Shown here in pieces: positions 9,397 to 19,912 of a DNA stretch of 64,000 nucleotides. A program made the position numbers and the translations under genes. How positions within the stretch are numbered: position 1 is the first letter of the stretch; each line of letters begins with the position of its first letter. The stretch lies in NCBI GenBank assembly GCA_944391075.1, contig CALXSG010000004.1:10445-74444 (forward strand). The letters run 5' to 3'. The notes under the pieces were generated by a model. The model was not told the origin of the DNA, made no database searches, and saw nothing but the letters and a program-made list of their open reading frames with translations. Source of the DNA: an uncultured Rickettsiales bacterium. GTDB lineage: Bacteria; Pseudomonadota; Alphaproteobacteria; Rickettsiales; UBA1997.

Positions 9397-12300
9397 TTAT
9401 TTACTTTTCTCTATTTTTAATATTTCTATACTTTCAATACCATTTTTCTTTTCAATATCAACAATTTCATTTAAAGCAACGCCAATTAAAGCTTCACCAT
9501 AAAGTGTATGTTTATTAACAATGGCTATATCATTATCTATACAACTATTAGAATCTACAATTTTTATTTTAAACATTTTTCCATTATCTTTTTTTAATGT
9601 AATAATATCATTTAATTCAACAATATTTCTATTATTTAAAAATTTGTCTAATTTATTTTTAATGAATTTGATTTCTGTATCGTATATAACTTTGATTTGC
9701 TTATATTCTTTTATAAGTTGTGAATATTTTGCTATTACAATATTTTGATTTAATTTCCAATTATTAATTAAATTTTTAATTTTATACTTATTTATATTGA
9801 TGTTATATTGTTTTTGTTCTTCTTTTAGCTTTAAAATTAATAATTTTTCCTCAAAAATTAGCAATTGTTTTATATCATATTCGTTTAATGTTAAAAGAAA
9901 ATTTAAATCGCAATATCTTTTATATTCCGTATAGAGTTCTTTATAATATATTCTATTTTTCGCAACATAATAATTGTATTTGCGAATAGCATGTTTTTTA
10001 TTAAAATGTTTTAATATATTAATTTCTTTATTGATATAATTGAGTTTTTTATCAATATCTTTTAAAACACTGTATTTTGATTCTATATTATCAAATTCTT
10101 TAATATATTGATTCAAGTTTTTTCTTATTGTTTGCTTAATTTTTTTAATATTAATTAAAAAATCATAACTTTTATTGTAAAGATCTATAATTATTTTTGC
10201 ATTTTTTAAAATAAAATAATTATCATTATATAAAAATAATTCTAGAATATGTATATTTTCAATGTTATATTGTATATATTCTTCTCTTATATTATGTAAT
10301 TTTTGTTTTAATTTGCTTAATTCTTTAAAAATAATTACAGTTTCATTAAATATTGTGTTAAGTTTTACAAAAGTTTGAATATTAAATTTATTTTGATTGA
10401 TTTTTAATATAATAAAATGATATTTATTTATATTCAATTTATAATGAAATAGCTTTAATTTAATTTTGTATTTAATAATTTCCCTTTTGTGTAAGAGATA
10501 TTTTTTATTAGTCAACAATGTAGATAAATATTTTTCATCTAAAAACTCTCTAAGTTTTAAATATTCTAGTTCATTTAAGTTATAATAACTATTTTGTAAA
10601 TCTAAAAATTTAAGTAAATAACTGACTATTATCAAATTTTTATCTAAAGAATTTATATTAAAAAACTTATTGTGAATGTCATTTGCATTATTTATTATAT
10701 ATTCTTTTAATTTTTTAAAAGAATAATCCCAAAATTTATTATATAAATCTATTTCAGAACAAAACAAAAATGAGATTTTTTCAACACTCTGTAATTTTGA
10801 AATTTTATATGAATTCAATTCGTTATTAATAAATAATTTTTTTTGTTTTTCTAACCATTCATATAATCTTTGTTCTGAATTATTTCCTGTTTCTTCTGGT
10901 AATCTATCTCTATTTTCTATAAATTGTTTTAATTCTATAAAATTTACACTCCAACTCCCATAACTTCTTTTTATTATTTTTTCAAGAATAGCCTCTTCTA
11001 TTTGTTTATTATTAAAATTTTCTAATATTATAGAATCTTTTTTATCTTCTTCATGTTCTTCCTCATTTTCTTTTTTATTTATCTTATTATTCTTCTTTTT
11101 AAAATCCAAAAAAGACAAATTGATATAGCTTTCTATTCTTTCATCTTCATCTCCAATTTTCTTAATAATGTTAATCATTTCATTAAGATCTTTCTTTCTA
11201 ATCTTTATTTTTTTGTTTGTGCCTTCTTCTTCATATTCAACATTTTCAAAATTATTATCTAATGCTGTGTCAAAATTATTATCTGATAACTTTTCTTGAT
11301 AATATATTGGTATTACTATGTAACCGAATTCTTTTTCTTTTCCATCTTTATCTTTATATTTTCTCAATGCTCTTCCGGCTGACTGCACAATATCAATAGT
11401 GGATTTTTTAATATTTGAATAAAAAATCATATCAACTTTTGGAATATCAACTCCTTCTGACAAACACCTAGCATTTGAAATTAATGATTTTTCAGAATTC
11501 TTAAAATTTAACATTATTTCATTTCTTTTATCAGCATCTATTTTACTACTTATACAATAAGAATCAAAATTTTTAAAAAATTGTTTATGCCTATCAGCAA
11601 AATTTTCGGCCTTTTTAATTTTTGAATGAAATGTTATAGCATGTTTTAAATTATACTTTTCCATGATTAAATTACATGCATAATTATCAGCAATATCTTG
11701 ATATGATATATTTTTATCAATTATTTTTCCTGATTTTATATAGTTCTCTATCTCCAAATCAGTAATACCAACACCTATTATTTTATAATCAACTAAAATA
11801 TTTTCATCAATAGCCTTTTGAAAACTCATTTGATATATAACATCTCCAAAAGTTTTTATGTCATCCATATTAAAAACATTTTCATTTATATATTTATAAA
11901 CTTGATTGAACTGGCTATTATAATTATTATCATAATTCTTGTTATCATCATCAGTATTATAATAATCTGTATTAACCACTCTAGGTGTAGCAGTCATATA
12001 TAATCTTTTTTTAACTTTTATATAATCATTACTATGTATTTTTTTAAAATGTGTTATTTTTGAATTAATGATCTCTCCGGCTGTTCTATGTGCTTCATCA
12101 CAAATCGCCAAGTCAAACACTAACTCTTCATCCTTAATAGCTTTAATCACCTTATCTAAGGATTGATATGTAGAAAAAATAACTTTATTTTTACAGGTAT
12201 TAGCTAATAAAAAACTTTTTATTATATTACTATCAGTTGTAACCTTAAATACAGGTTCCTCAATAAATTCTTCATCATATTCCTCTTCATCATCCTCATC

Positions 12301-12561
12301 TACATCTTGGCTTGAACAAACACAAAGATAATTAAAATCAATATTTTTTTCTTCTTTCCAATTATCTTTAGTTTGTTTAATTAGGCTAATAGATGGAACC
12401 AATACAATAGTTAACTTTGACTTCAAAGCTTCATGTGTCCATAAAGAAATCAAAGTCTTTCCAGAACCACAAGGTAAAATAATTTTTCCCCTATCATTTT
12501 CTTTAAAATATTCAACAATACACTTTATAACATCTTCTTGATATTTATACGGTTTTTTCAT
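9397..12561 (-). CDS. DEAD/DEAH-box superfamily II helicase with a helicase-associated (HA)-like segment and a long N/K-rich C-terminal region
   Basis: Walker A-like LPCGSGKTLIS, motif II CDEAHRTAG, motif III TATPR, motif VI QSAGRALRK; W...LKQFIENRDRLPEET...LYEWLEKQKK resembles an HA domain. Confidence 0.88.
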   Translation of the reverse strand: MKKPYKYQEDVIKCIVEYFKENDRGKIILPCGSGKTLISLWTHEALKSKLTIVLVPSISLIKQTKDNWKEEKNIDFNYLCVCSSQDVDEDDEEEYDEEFIEEPVFKVTTDSNIIKSFLLANTCKNKVIFSTYQSLDKVIKAIKDEELVFDLAICDEAHRTAGEIINSKITHFKKIHSNDYIKVKKRLYMTATPRVVNTDYYNTDDDNKNYDNNYNSQFNQVYKYINENVFNMDDIKTFGDVIYQMSFQKAIDENILVDYKIIGVGITDLEIENYIKSGKIIDKNISYQDIADNYACNLIMEKYNLKHAITFHSKIKKAENFADRHKQFFKNFDSYCISSKIDADKRNEIMLNFKNSEKSLISNARCLSEGVDIPKVDMIFYSNIKKSTIDIVQSAGRALRKYKDKDGKEKEFGYIVIPIYYQEKLSDNNFDTALDNNFENVEYEEEGTNKKIKIRKKDLNEMINIIKKIGDEDERIESYINLSFLDFKKKNNKINKKENEEEHEEDKKDSIILENFNNKQIEEAILEKIIKRSYGSWSVNFIELKQFIENRDRLPEETGNNSEQRLYEWLEKQKKLFINNELNSYKISKLQSVEKISFLFCSEIDLYNKFWDYSFKKLKEYIINNANDIHNKFFNINSLDKNLIIVSYLLKFLDLQNSYYNLNELEYLKLREFLDEKYLSTLLTNKKYLLHKREIIKYKIKLKLFHYKLNINKYHFIILKINQNKFNIQTFVKLNTIFNETVIIFKELSKLKQKLHNIREEYIQYNIENIHILELFLYNDNYFILKNAKIIIDLYNKSYDFLINIKKIKQTIRKNLNQYIKEFDNIESKYSVLKDIDKKLNYINKEINILKHFNKKHAIRKYNYYVAKNRIYYKELYTEYKRYCDLNFLLTLNEYDIKQLLIFEEKLLILKLKEEQKQYNININKYKIKNLINNWKLNQNIVIAKYSQLIKEYKQIKVIYDTEIKFIKNKLDKFLNNRNIVELNDIITLKKDNGKMFKIKIVDSNSCIDNDIAIVNKHTLYGEALIGVALNEIVDIEKKNGIESIEILKIEKSK

Positions 12562-12654
12562 TATATGTCAGTTATAATAATGTTTTAAATATACAACACA
12601 TAGTTTAAAAATCAATTAATTATAATAATAATTATATGTATTTATATTAAAAAT

Positions 12655-13278
12655 TTATTTATAATTTTCTCTTTTTTCTTTACCAAATTGAAAACCAACC
12701 ATATCAATAAGTTTCATAGGCGGATAATCATAGCAAAGTGATTCTTGTTCAAAATAAAAACACCAAATTTCTTTTAAAGATTTTTGCGATAAGGTCTGTG
12801 TTATTTTATTTTCTCTTAAAAATAATTTAAAATTGGTATCATATGCTGGTGTTGATGCAGAAGTGCCTAATAAAATTTTAGTAATCAATGTGTCTGTTGT
12901 TGATATTTCCCTATGCTCATAATATTTCTTTAATTTTTTAATAGTCTTATATACTATATCAGTATATGCATCTATTTCGTTAATATTTTTAGGATATTTT
13001 TTTAATTCTATTAAATCTTCAAGTAAAATTTTTATTATAGGCTTATGAATTAAATAATTATAATCTGTTAACAATTTTGAAGATCCTCTCATCATCCCCC
13101 AACTGCCCAAATATAAAGCTAAACTTCGTGCTAAAAAATCATCATCATAACTTTGTCTTGATTTTAATGCTTTATTAAAATCATCAAATATAATATTCCA
13201 AGAATAATATCTACCTTCTTCCTTATTTTTTATATCATTAATATTTAGAAAATTATCTATATATTTTTTAATCATCAT
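12655..13278 (-). CDS. Uncharacterised protein (LALYLGSWGMMRGSSKLL motif)
   Basis: Intact 207 aa ORF immediately upstream of the helicase gene, same strand. Confidence 0.75.
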   Translation of the reverse strand: MMIKKYIDNFLNINDIKNKEEGRYYSWNIIFDDFNKALKSRQSYDDDFLARSLALYLGSWGMMRGSSKLLTDYNYLIHKPIIKILLEDLIELKKYPKNINEIDAYTDIVYKTIKKLKKYYEHREISTTDTLITKILLGTSASTPAYDTNFKLFLRENKITQTLSQKSLKEIWCFYFEQESLCYDYPPMKLIDMVGFQFGKEKRENYK

Positions 13279-13329
13279 AACTTATTATAAATAATATATT
13301 ATTATTAATAACTATTATAAATTATTCAT

Positions 13330-13505
13330 ATAAATTCAATCAAAAATTTAAGTATTTCAAAGCAGAAATAGACTATACAACTCTTTACAGAACGGAACAA
13401 GGGCAGAATGTATATATCTATACAGCTTATAAAATTTTAAAGAGTTTAGACATTGATCTATTAAATATAATAGATAATGCGATAGTTACTCAAACTTCAA
13501 AATAA
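13330..13505 (+). pseudogene. Fragment resembling the C-terminal half of an XRE-family helix-turn-helix domain
   Basis: + strand open frame ...FKAEIDYTTLYRTEQGQNVYIYTAYKILKSLDIDLLNIIDNAIVTQTSK* without a start codon; resembles HTH_XRE 'GI..TTL.R.E.G....... K.AKAL.ID'. Confidence 0.4.
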
Positions 13506-13571
13506 AATAATAGTATATTAGCAAAAGTTGATAAGAATACTAAATAATTTTACTAGTATTCTCATATTTAA

Positions 13572-14240
13572 TTAATAAAATGTATTAAAGAATCTATCAC
13601 CCGCATCACCTAAACCAGGAACAATATAACCATTATCATTTAATTTTTCATCAATAGCCGTTGTATACATATTTATGTTAGGATAAAGATTTTTTACTTT
13701 ATTAATTCCTTCTGGTGCAGAAATTATATTTAACAATGTAATATTACTTTCAGGGACACCTTTACTAATATATAATTTTATAGCTTCAATAATAGAACCG
13801 CCTGTTGCTAACATTGGATCGCATATATAAACATAAGTATTTTTAGGTTTTTTAAATGTTTCTGGCAATTTATTATAATACCATACCGGTTCCAATGTTT
13901 TTTCATTTCTATACATACCTAAATGTTGAACTTTAAAAAATGGCAAGAAATTACAAACATTATTAGATATAGCAAGCCCTGCCCTTAAAATTGGAACAAC
14001 ATATATTTCATTATTATCATCAATAACTTTTGTTGTTGTTTTAATAATTGGTGTTTCAGTTTCAATTTCTTTTAATGGAAGATTTTGAGTAGCATTAATT
14101 GCTAAAATATCAGCTAATTTTGAAATTGCTTCTCTAAAATCTTTGCTATTTGTATTTTTATTTCTAATAATAGATAAATTATGTTCAACTAATGGATTTT
14201 TAATTAAATTTACTTTTTCCATAATACTAATACTACTCAT
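13572..14240 (-). CDS. upp: Uracil phosphoribosyltransferase
   Basis: VPILRAGLAISN, DPMLATGGSI, GLGDAGDRFFNTF. Confidence 0.96.
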   Translation of the reverse strand: MSSISIMEKVNLIKNPLVEHNLSIIRNKNTNSKDFREAISKLADILAINATQNLPLKEIETETPIIKTTTKVIDDNNEIYVVPILRAGLAISNNVCNFLPFFKVQHLGMYRNEKTLEPVWYYNKLPETFKKPKNTYVYICDPMLATGGSIIEAIKLYISKGVPESNITLLNIISAPEGINKVKNLYPNINMYTTAIDEKLNDNGYIVPGLGDAGDRFFNTFY

Positions 14241-14300
14241 ATATTTACACTTTTTGATATTAAAATAGCATCAAGATTACTTGATGCTATTATTAATTAA

Positions 14301-16517
14301 TTACATGCAACTATTAATAGTTCTGCTAATAACATCTAATTGTTGTTCTTTTGTTAATTTAATGAAATTAACAGCATAACCAGAAACTCTAATTGTGAGT
14401 TGTGGATATTTTTCAGGATGGTTCATAGCATCTTCAAGTAATTCTCTAACAAATACATTTACATTAAGATGTTGACCACCTTTTGGTGTAAAGTAACCAT
14501 CAAGTAAAGATACAAGGTTAGTGATTTGCGAATCTTTGTCTTTACCTAATGCTTGTGGAGTAATTGCAAATGTGTATGAAATACCATCTCTTGAATAAGC
14601 AAATGGAAGTTTAGCAACAGAAGATAAAGCTGCAATAGCACCTTTTGTATCTCTACCATTCATAGGGTTAGCACCAGGAGCAAATGGAGTACCAGCTTTT
14701 CTTCCACAAGGTGTAGCACCTGTATTCTTTCCATAAACAACATTTGATGTAATTGTTAAAAGTGATTGAGTTGCTAATGCTCCTCTATATGTCTCATGGC
14801 TAGCCATATAACCCATAAATGTTTTTACTAAATCACAAGCAATTTTATCTGCTTCTTCATCATTATTTCCAAAAGGAACATAATCACCTTCTCTTTCAAA
14901 ATCAACAGCTAAACCTTGTTCGTTTCTAATAACTTTTACTTTGCAATTTTTAATAGCATTTAATGAATCAGCAACAATAGAAAGTCCTGCAATACCTGAT
15001 GCTTCAAATCTTTCTACATCTGTATCGTGTAAAGCCATTTCATATGCTTCATAATCATATTTGTCATGCATGTAGTGAATAATTTTTAAAGCATTACAAT
15101 ATGTTTTAGCAAGCCATTTCATCATTTGATTAAATTTTGCCATAACTTCATCATAATCTAAATATTCACTTGTAATAGGTTCAAACATAGGACCAACTTG
15201 ATCGCCATGAATTTCATCTTTACCGCCGTTTATAGCATAAAGTAAACATTTTACTAAATTAGCTCTTGCGCCGAAGAATTGCATTTGTTTACCAATTTTC
15301 ATTGATGAAACACAACAAGCAATACCATAATCATCACCATAAATTGGTCTCATTAAATCATCGTTTTCATATTGAATAGCAGATGTATCAATAGAAACTT
15401 TTGCACAGAATTTTTTCCAATTTTCAGGAAGATTTTCAGACCATAAAACTGTTAAGTTTGGTTCTGGTGCAGGACCTAAATTATATAATGTATTTAAGAA
15501 TCTAAAAGATGTTTTTGTAACAAGTGTTCTTCCATCAACACCCATACCACCAAGTGATTCTGTAACCCAAGTAGGATCGCCAGTAAATAATGAATTATAT
15601 TCAGGAGTTCTTAAGAATCTAACAATTCTTAATTTAATAATCATTTGATCTACTAACTCTTGTGCTTCTTCTTCTGTTAATTTTCCTTCTTCAATATCTT
15701 TTTCAATATAAATATCAAGGAAAGTTGAAACTCTACCAAGAGACATAGCAGCACCATCTTGATCTTTTACAGCTCCTAAATATGCAAAGTATACCCATTG
15801 TACTGCTTCTTTTGCATTTGTAGCAGGTTTTGATACATCAAAGCCGTAATTAGCACACATTTTTTTGAATGATTTTAAGGCATTGATTTGTTCTGTAAGT
15901 TCTTCTCTCTTTCTAATAATATCTTCAGTATATTCTTCACCACCCATATTTTTGAAATCTTTTTGCTTTTCCTCAATCAATCTATCAACACCATATAAAG
16001 CAACTCTTCTATAATCACCAATAATTCTACCTCTACCATAAGCATCAGGTAAACCTGTAATTATGTGAGCATGTCTGCAAGCTCTAATATCTTGATCGTA
16101 TGCTGAAAATACACCATCATTATGTGTTTTTCTGTATTTTGTAAAGATTTCTTTTGTTAATGGGTCAAGTTCATAACCATAAGATTTTAAAGCTGTTTCA
16201 ACCATTCTTAAACCACCTTTTGGAAAAATACCTCTTTTTAATGGTTTATCTGTTTGAAGTCCAACAATAGTTTCGTTGTCTTTATCAATATAACCTGCAC
16301 CATAAGTTTCAAGACTTTGTGGGAGTTTAGTTTCAGCATCATAAACTCCTTTTTCTCTTTCAACTTTAAACATTTCTGTAAGTTTATCCCAAACTTTTTT
16401 TGTTTTTTCTGTTGCTGGTTTTAAAAATTTATCATCACCAGTATATGGTTTATAATTTTCTTGTATAAAATCTCTAACATCAATTTCATCTTTCCAATAT
16501 TCACCTTTAAAGTTCAT
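14301..16517 (-). CDS. pflB: Formate C-acetyltransferase (pyruvate formate-lyase)
   Basis: [22 protein letters not shown]; active-site GIACCVS; glycyl radical motif RVSGYAVNF; the track start at 16583 is probably too far upstream. Confidence 0.97.
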   Translation of the reverse strand: MNFKGEYWKDEIDVRDFIQENYKPYTGDDKFLKPATEKTKKVWDKLTEMFKVEREKGVYDAETKLPQSLETYGAGYIDKDNETIVGLQTDKPLKRGIFPKGGLRMVETALKSYGYELDPLTKEIFTKYRKTHNDGVFSAYDQDIRACRHAHIITGLPDAYGRGRIIGDYRRVALYGVDRLIEEKQKDFKNMGGEEYTEDIIRKREELTEQINALKSFKKMCANYGFDVSKPATNAKEAVQWVYFAYLGAVKDQDGAAMSLGRVSTFLDIYIEKDIEEGKLTEEEAQELVDQMIIKLRIVRFLRTPEYNSLFTGDPTWVTESLGGMGVDGRTLVTKTSFRFLNTLYNLGPAPEPNLTVLWSENLPENWKKFCAKVSIDTSAIQYENDDLMRPIYGDDYGIACCVSSMKIGKQMQFFGARANLVKCLLYAINGGKDEIHGDQVGPMFEPITSEYLDYDEVMAKFNQMMKWLAKTYCNALKIIHYMHDKYDYEAYEMALHDTDVERFEASGIAGLSIVADSLNAIKNCKVKVIRNEQGLAVDFEREGDYVPFGNNDEEADKIACDLVKTFMGYMASHETYRGALATQSLLTITSNVVYGKNTGATPCGRKAGTPFAPGANPMNGRDTKGAIAALSSVAKLPFAYSRDGISYTFAITPQALGKDKDSQITNLVSLLDGYFTPKGGQHLNVNVFVRELLEDAMNHPEKYPQLTIRVSGYAVNFIKLTKEQQLDVISRTINSCM

Positions 16518-16683
16518 ATTTACTCCATTTTTGTTAATAAAATTCATAAATCTTCTTATAACACATTTAATTCTTATTATCAAGAAAAAAATATTTTATA
16601 ATTTTTATCATAAATATATACTATAAATTATTAATTATTTATTTTAATAAAATTTCATAACAATATTTATAATAAAAATATTT

Positions 16684-17106
16684 TTATTTCTTTTCAGCAT
16701 AAATTTCCACTTTGTGATTTAGCATTTTATAACCATATTTATCGCATATTTGATTTAATAATTTATCTATTTCACCATCAGGAAATTCAATAATATCACC
16801 GCTAGCTGTATCAATTATATGATGATGGTGAAACGAAAATTTATCTGATTTTTCATAAAAAGTTTTACAACCTTTAAAATCATGTCTCTCAATTAAACCA
16901 ATATCACAGAATAAATTTAATGTTCTGTAAATAGTAGCCATGCCAATATTCTCATCCATCTTCTTAGTTCTATCATAAATATCGTCAACATTAAGATGAC
17001 AATTGTTTTCACTTAAAACTTTTAATACAGCTAATCTAGGTTTTGTTAAAGTAATGTTATTATCTTTTATTATCTTTGTAAAACAATCTAAAATATTTTC
17101 TGTCAT
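16684..17106 (-). CDS. fur: Fur-family transcriptional regulator
   Basis: NNITLTKPRLAVLKVL, TIYRTLNLFCDIGLIERHD, FHHHHIID; likely start at MTENIL (17106). Confidence 0.85.
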   Translation of the reverse strand: MTENILDCFTKIIKDNNITLTKPRLAVLKVLSENNCHLNVDDIYDRTKKMDENIGMATIYRTLNLFCDIGLIERHDFKGCKTFYEKSDKFSFHHHHIIDTASGDIIEFPDGEIDKLLNQICDKYGYKMLNHKVEIYAEKK

Positions 17107-17304
17107 AAAATTTCCCCCATAAATAATGTATAGTGTGTATTTTAATAATTTCAATGTAAATATATTTTGATAATGATTATCAAAATCATAATATATATTA
17201 TTTTTTTATTGTCAAGAAGAAAAATATTATAATACTTGTACGATATTTCTTGCAATATTTATTTAAATATTTATTTTTTTAAATATATTTATTAAACATT
17301 ATTT

Positions 17305-18384
17305 ATGCTTGAAAATATTAAAGAGAGAATATTAAATGGTGGATCTTCAGATAATATAATATCTAGAAATAATGTTTTATTTTTAATTTTATTATTATTA
17401 TTCATGTTAATGTTTTGTCCATCAAATAAACTTGACTGGCTTGGAGTATTTTTTACAATGTTTAGCACAATGAGCAACGATTCAGTGCAAACACTTGGAA
17501 CTTTTATAACCTCAAATTCAAAAACATCATGGCTAAAAATGTGGCTATATATTGCTATACTATTTATAATAACTTTATTATTAGCATGGTTTCTTAATGA
17601 TTATAGATTAGATTTTAATAAGTTAGTTTTAATTCCGTATCATAATGATAACGATTTTATGCATTATGTTCCACCAATTTTATTGATAATCTTAACTTAT
17701 TATAAAATACCTGTAAGTTCTACATTTTTAATTTTATCAGTATTTGCATCACAAAGAGCAATTAGCATTGTTTTACTAAAAACATTAATTGGTTATACTA
17801 TTGGCTTTGGAATTAGTTATTTGTTATGGAGAATAATATTAAAATTTTTTAAGATTCTTCTATCTAATGAAGGAACTGAAAAAAGGTTAAGAATATGGAA
17901 AAAGCTACAATGGTTATCAACAGGAATTTTGTGGGTTTCTTGGTTAACAAATAATACATCTAATATAGTTGTTTATTTGCCACGAGCATTTTCAGTACAT
18001 GATTTAATATTGTTTTTAATATTAGGTATTCTTTTTATTGGTTTTACTTTTTACAATCATGGCGGACCTATTCAAAAAATTGTTAGTGAAAAAAAAGATA
18101 TTACAAATATTAGATCAACATCTATAATAAACATATCTTTTGCATTCGTCATTTTATTATTAAATAAAGTTAGTAATGCACCTATGGCAACCACATGGGT
18201 TTTTATTGGAATATTAGCCGGCAGAGAGTGGTGTATAGCACAATTAGAAAATGATGGTGTGTTAACATTAAAAGAAAGATACAAACGTGCTAGAAAATTA
18301 ATTTTTAAAGATTTAATTTTAGCAGGTTTAGGAATAGCAATATCTTTAACATTTGCCATGATTAATAATTTTTATATAAAATAG
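17305..18384 (+). CDS. PiT/SLC20-like inorganic phosphate transporter family membrane protein (divergent)
   Basis: MSNDSVQTLGTFI, IPVSSTFLI and NAPMATTWVFIGILAGRE resemble the duplicated ND...G and PVSTTH signatures. Confidence 0.55.
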   Translation: MLENIKERILNGGSSDNIISRNNVLFLILLLLFMLMFCPSNKLDWLGVFFTMFSTMSNDSVQTLGTFITSNSKTSWLKMWLYIAILFIITLLLAWFLNDYRLDFNKLVLIPYHNDNDFMHYVPPILLIILTYYKIPVSSTFLILSVFASQRAISIVLLKTLIGYTIGFGISYLLWRIILKFFKILLSNEGTEKRLRIWKKLQWLSTGILWVSWLTNNTSNIVVYLPRAFSVHDLILFLILGILFIGFTFYNHGGPIQKIVSEKKDITNIRSTSIINISFAFVILLLNKVSNAPMATTWVFIGILAGREWCIAQLENDGVLTLKERYKRARKLIFKDLILAGLGIAISLTFAMINNFYIK

Positions 18385-18392
18385 GAGAGAAT

Positions 18393-19118
18393 ATGGAAAA
18401 TATTTTTTATATTATAACATCTTTAATATTTGGTTCAGTATTTGGAAGTTTTATTACGGCAGCTAGTTATCGTTTACCGCGAAATGAGACAATGTGGACT
18501 AGATCACATTGTCCTAAATGCAACAAAATATTAAAGCCAATTTCATTAATACCAATATTTTCATGGTTATTTCAAAAAGGAAGATGTTTAAATTGTGGTG
18601 AAAAAATTTCTATAAGATATCCATTGACAGAAATTATAACAGCCATTTTATTTTTATTATCATACTTAAAATTTGGCTATAATTTTAATACAATAATAGT
18701 TGATGCTTTTATGGTTATTGGTATGATAATGATAGTTTCTGACTTAGAAACATATACAATACCGGATTCCACACAACTTGCTTTATTAATTACAGCTATA
18801 ATATTTAATTTATATAATGATTTTGATTTATTATATTCAACATTTTCTGCATTAATTTATTTTGCAATGATATTTGTTTCAAGTTTAATAGTATCAAAAT
18901 GGAAGAAAAAAGATGCAATAGGTGGTGCAGATCTTAAATTAATAACCATTTGTGGTCTAGTTTTAGGTATTCTGGCTTTACCTTTATTCTTTTTATTCTC
19001 AGGTTTATTTGGTATAGTATTTGGTTTAGCATGGCAAAAAATTAAAAAGAATGAATATTTCCCATTTGGTCCTGCATTAATTGCATCATTCTTATTTTTA
19101 ATATTTTATTTATCTTAA
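18393..19118 (+). CDS. pilD: Type IV prepilin peptidase / leader peptidase (A24)
   Basis: GSFITAASYRLPR, two CxxC pairs (CPKC...CLNC), DLETYTIPD and GGADLKL aspartyl protease motifs. Confidence 0.93.
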   Translation: MENIFYIITSLIFGSVFGSFITAASYRLPRNETMWTRSHCPKCNKILKPISLIPIFSWLFQKGRCLNCGEKISIRYPLTEIITAILFLLSYLKFGYNFNTIIVDAFMVIGMIMIVSDLETYTIPDSTQLALLITAIIFNLYNDFDLLYSTFSALIYFAMIFVSSLIVSKWKKKDAIGGADLKLITICGLVLGILALPLFFLFSGLFGIVFGLAWQKIKKNEYFPFGPALIASFLFLIFYLS

Positions 19119-19120
19119 TA

Positions 19121-19912
19121 TTAATTAGCCATATTAATATATTCTTCAACAGTTAACTCCTCAGCTCTCTTATTTAAATCAATATTGTTTATGGAAGATG
19201 GAGTTAGTATTTGTTGTTTTAATAATGATTCAACAGCATTTTTAATCTTTTTCCTTCTTTGACTAAATAGATTCTGTGTGATGATACCTAATTTTTTAAT
19301 ATTAATATTATTAATATTCTGTTTAGGTTTAATATAAACAACAGAGGACATAACTTTAGGAGGAGGAATAAAAGACTCCGGCTTTATATCAAACATTTTT
19401 TTAGCATCACATAAAGCCTGAGTAATAATCGATAACCTACCATAATCTTTTGTGCAAGGTTTCGCAATAATTCTCTCTACAACTTCCTTTTGTAATAACA
19501 AAGTAAAACTTTCAAATAAATTAATATTATTTAACCACTTAATCAATAAATTAGTTCCAACATTATATGGGAGATTGGCAATAATATTAATATTATTGTC
19601 AAAATATTCATTCTCATGAATTTTTAAAGCATCTTCATTTATTACTTGAAAATTATTATATTGTTTAAATTCAATTTTTAAAATTTCAAATAAATCATTA
19701 TCTATTTCAATAGAAATAAGTTTTTTAGGTTCTTTTTTTAATATTGCAGAAGTTAAGCCACCTGGCCCTGGTCCAACTTCTAAAACATTTTTATTTTTAA
19801 TATCGCCCGCAACATCAACAATTTTATTTAATATAACATCACTTGTAAGAAAATTTTGTCCAAATTTCTTTTTTGTAATAAGATTATATTTTTTTATAAT
19901 TTCCATAATCAA
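19121..19912 (-). CDS. rsmA: 16S rRNA (adenine1518-N6/adenine1519-N6)-dimethyltransferase
   Basis: KKFGQNFLTS, VLEVGPGPGGLT, NLPYNVGT. Confidence 0.96.
   Translation of the reverse strand: MIMEIIKKYNLITKKKFGQNFLTSDVILNKIVDVAGDIKNKNVLEVGPGPGGLTSAILKKEPKKLISIEIDNDLFEILKIEFKQYNNFQVINEDALKIHENEYFDNNINIIANLPYNVGTNLLIKWLNNINLFESFTLLLQKEVVERIIAKPCTKDYGRLSIITQALCDAKKMFDIKPESFIPPPKVMSSVVYIKPKQNINNINIKKLGIITQNLFSQRRKKIKNAVESLLKQQILTPSSINNIDLNKRAEELTVEEYINMAN

Noticed and set aside
9521-12003. Plus-strand ORFs opposite the helicase gene
   Set aside because: Hydrophobic low-complexity Ile/Phe-rich translations arise from antisense of an Asn/Lys/Ile-rich coding sequence
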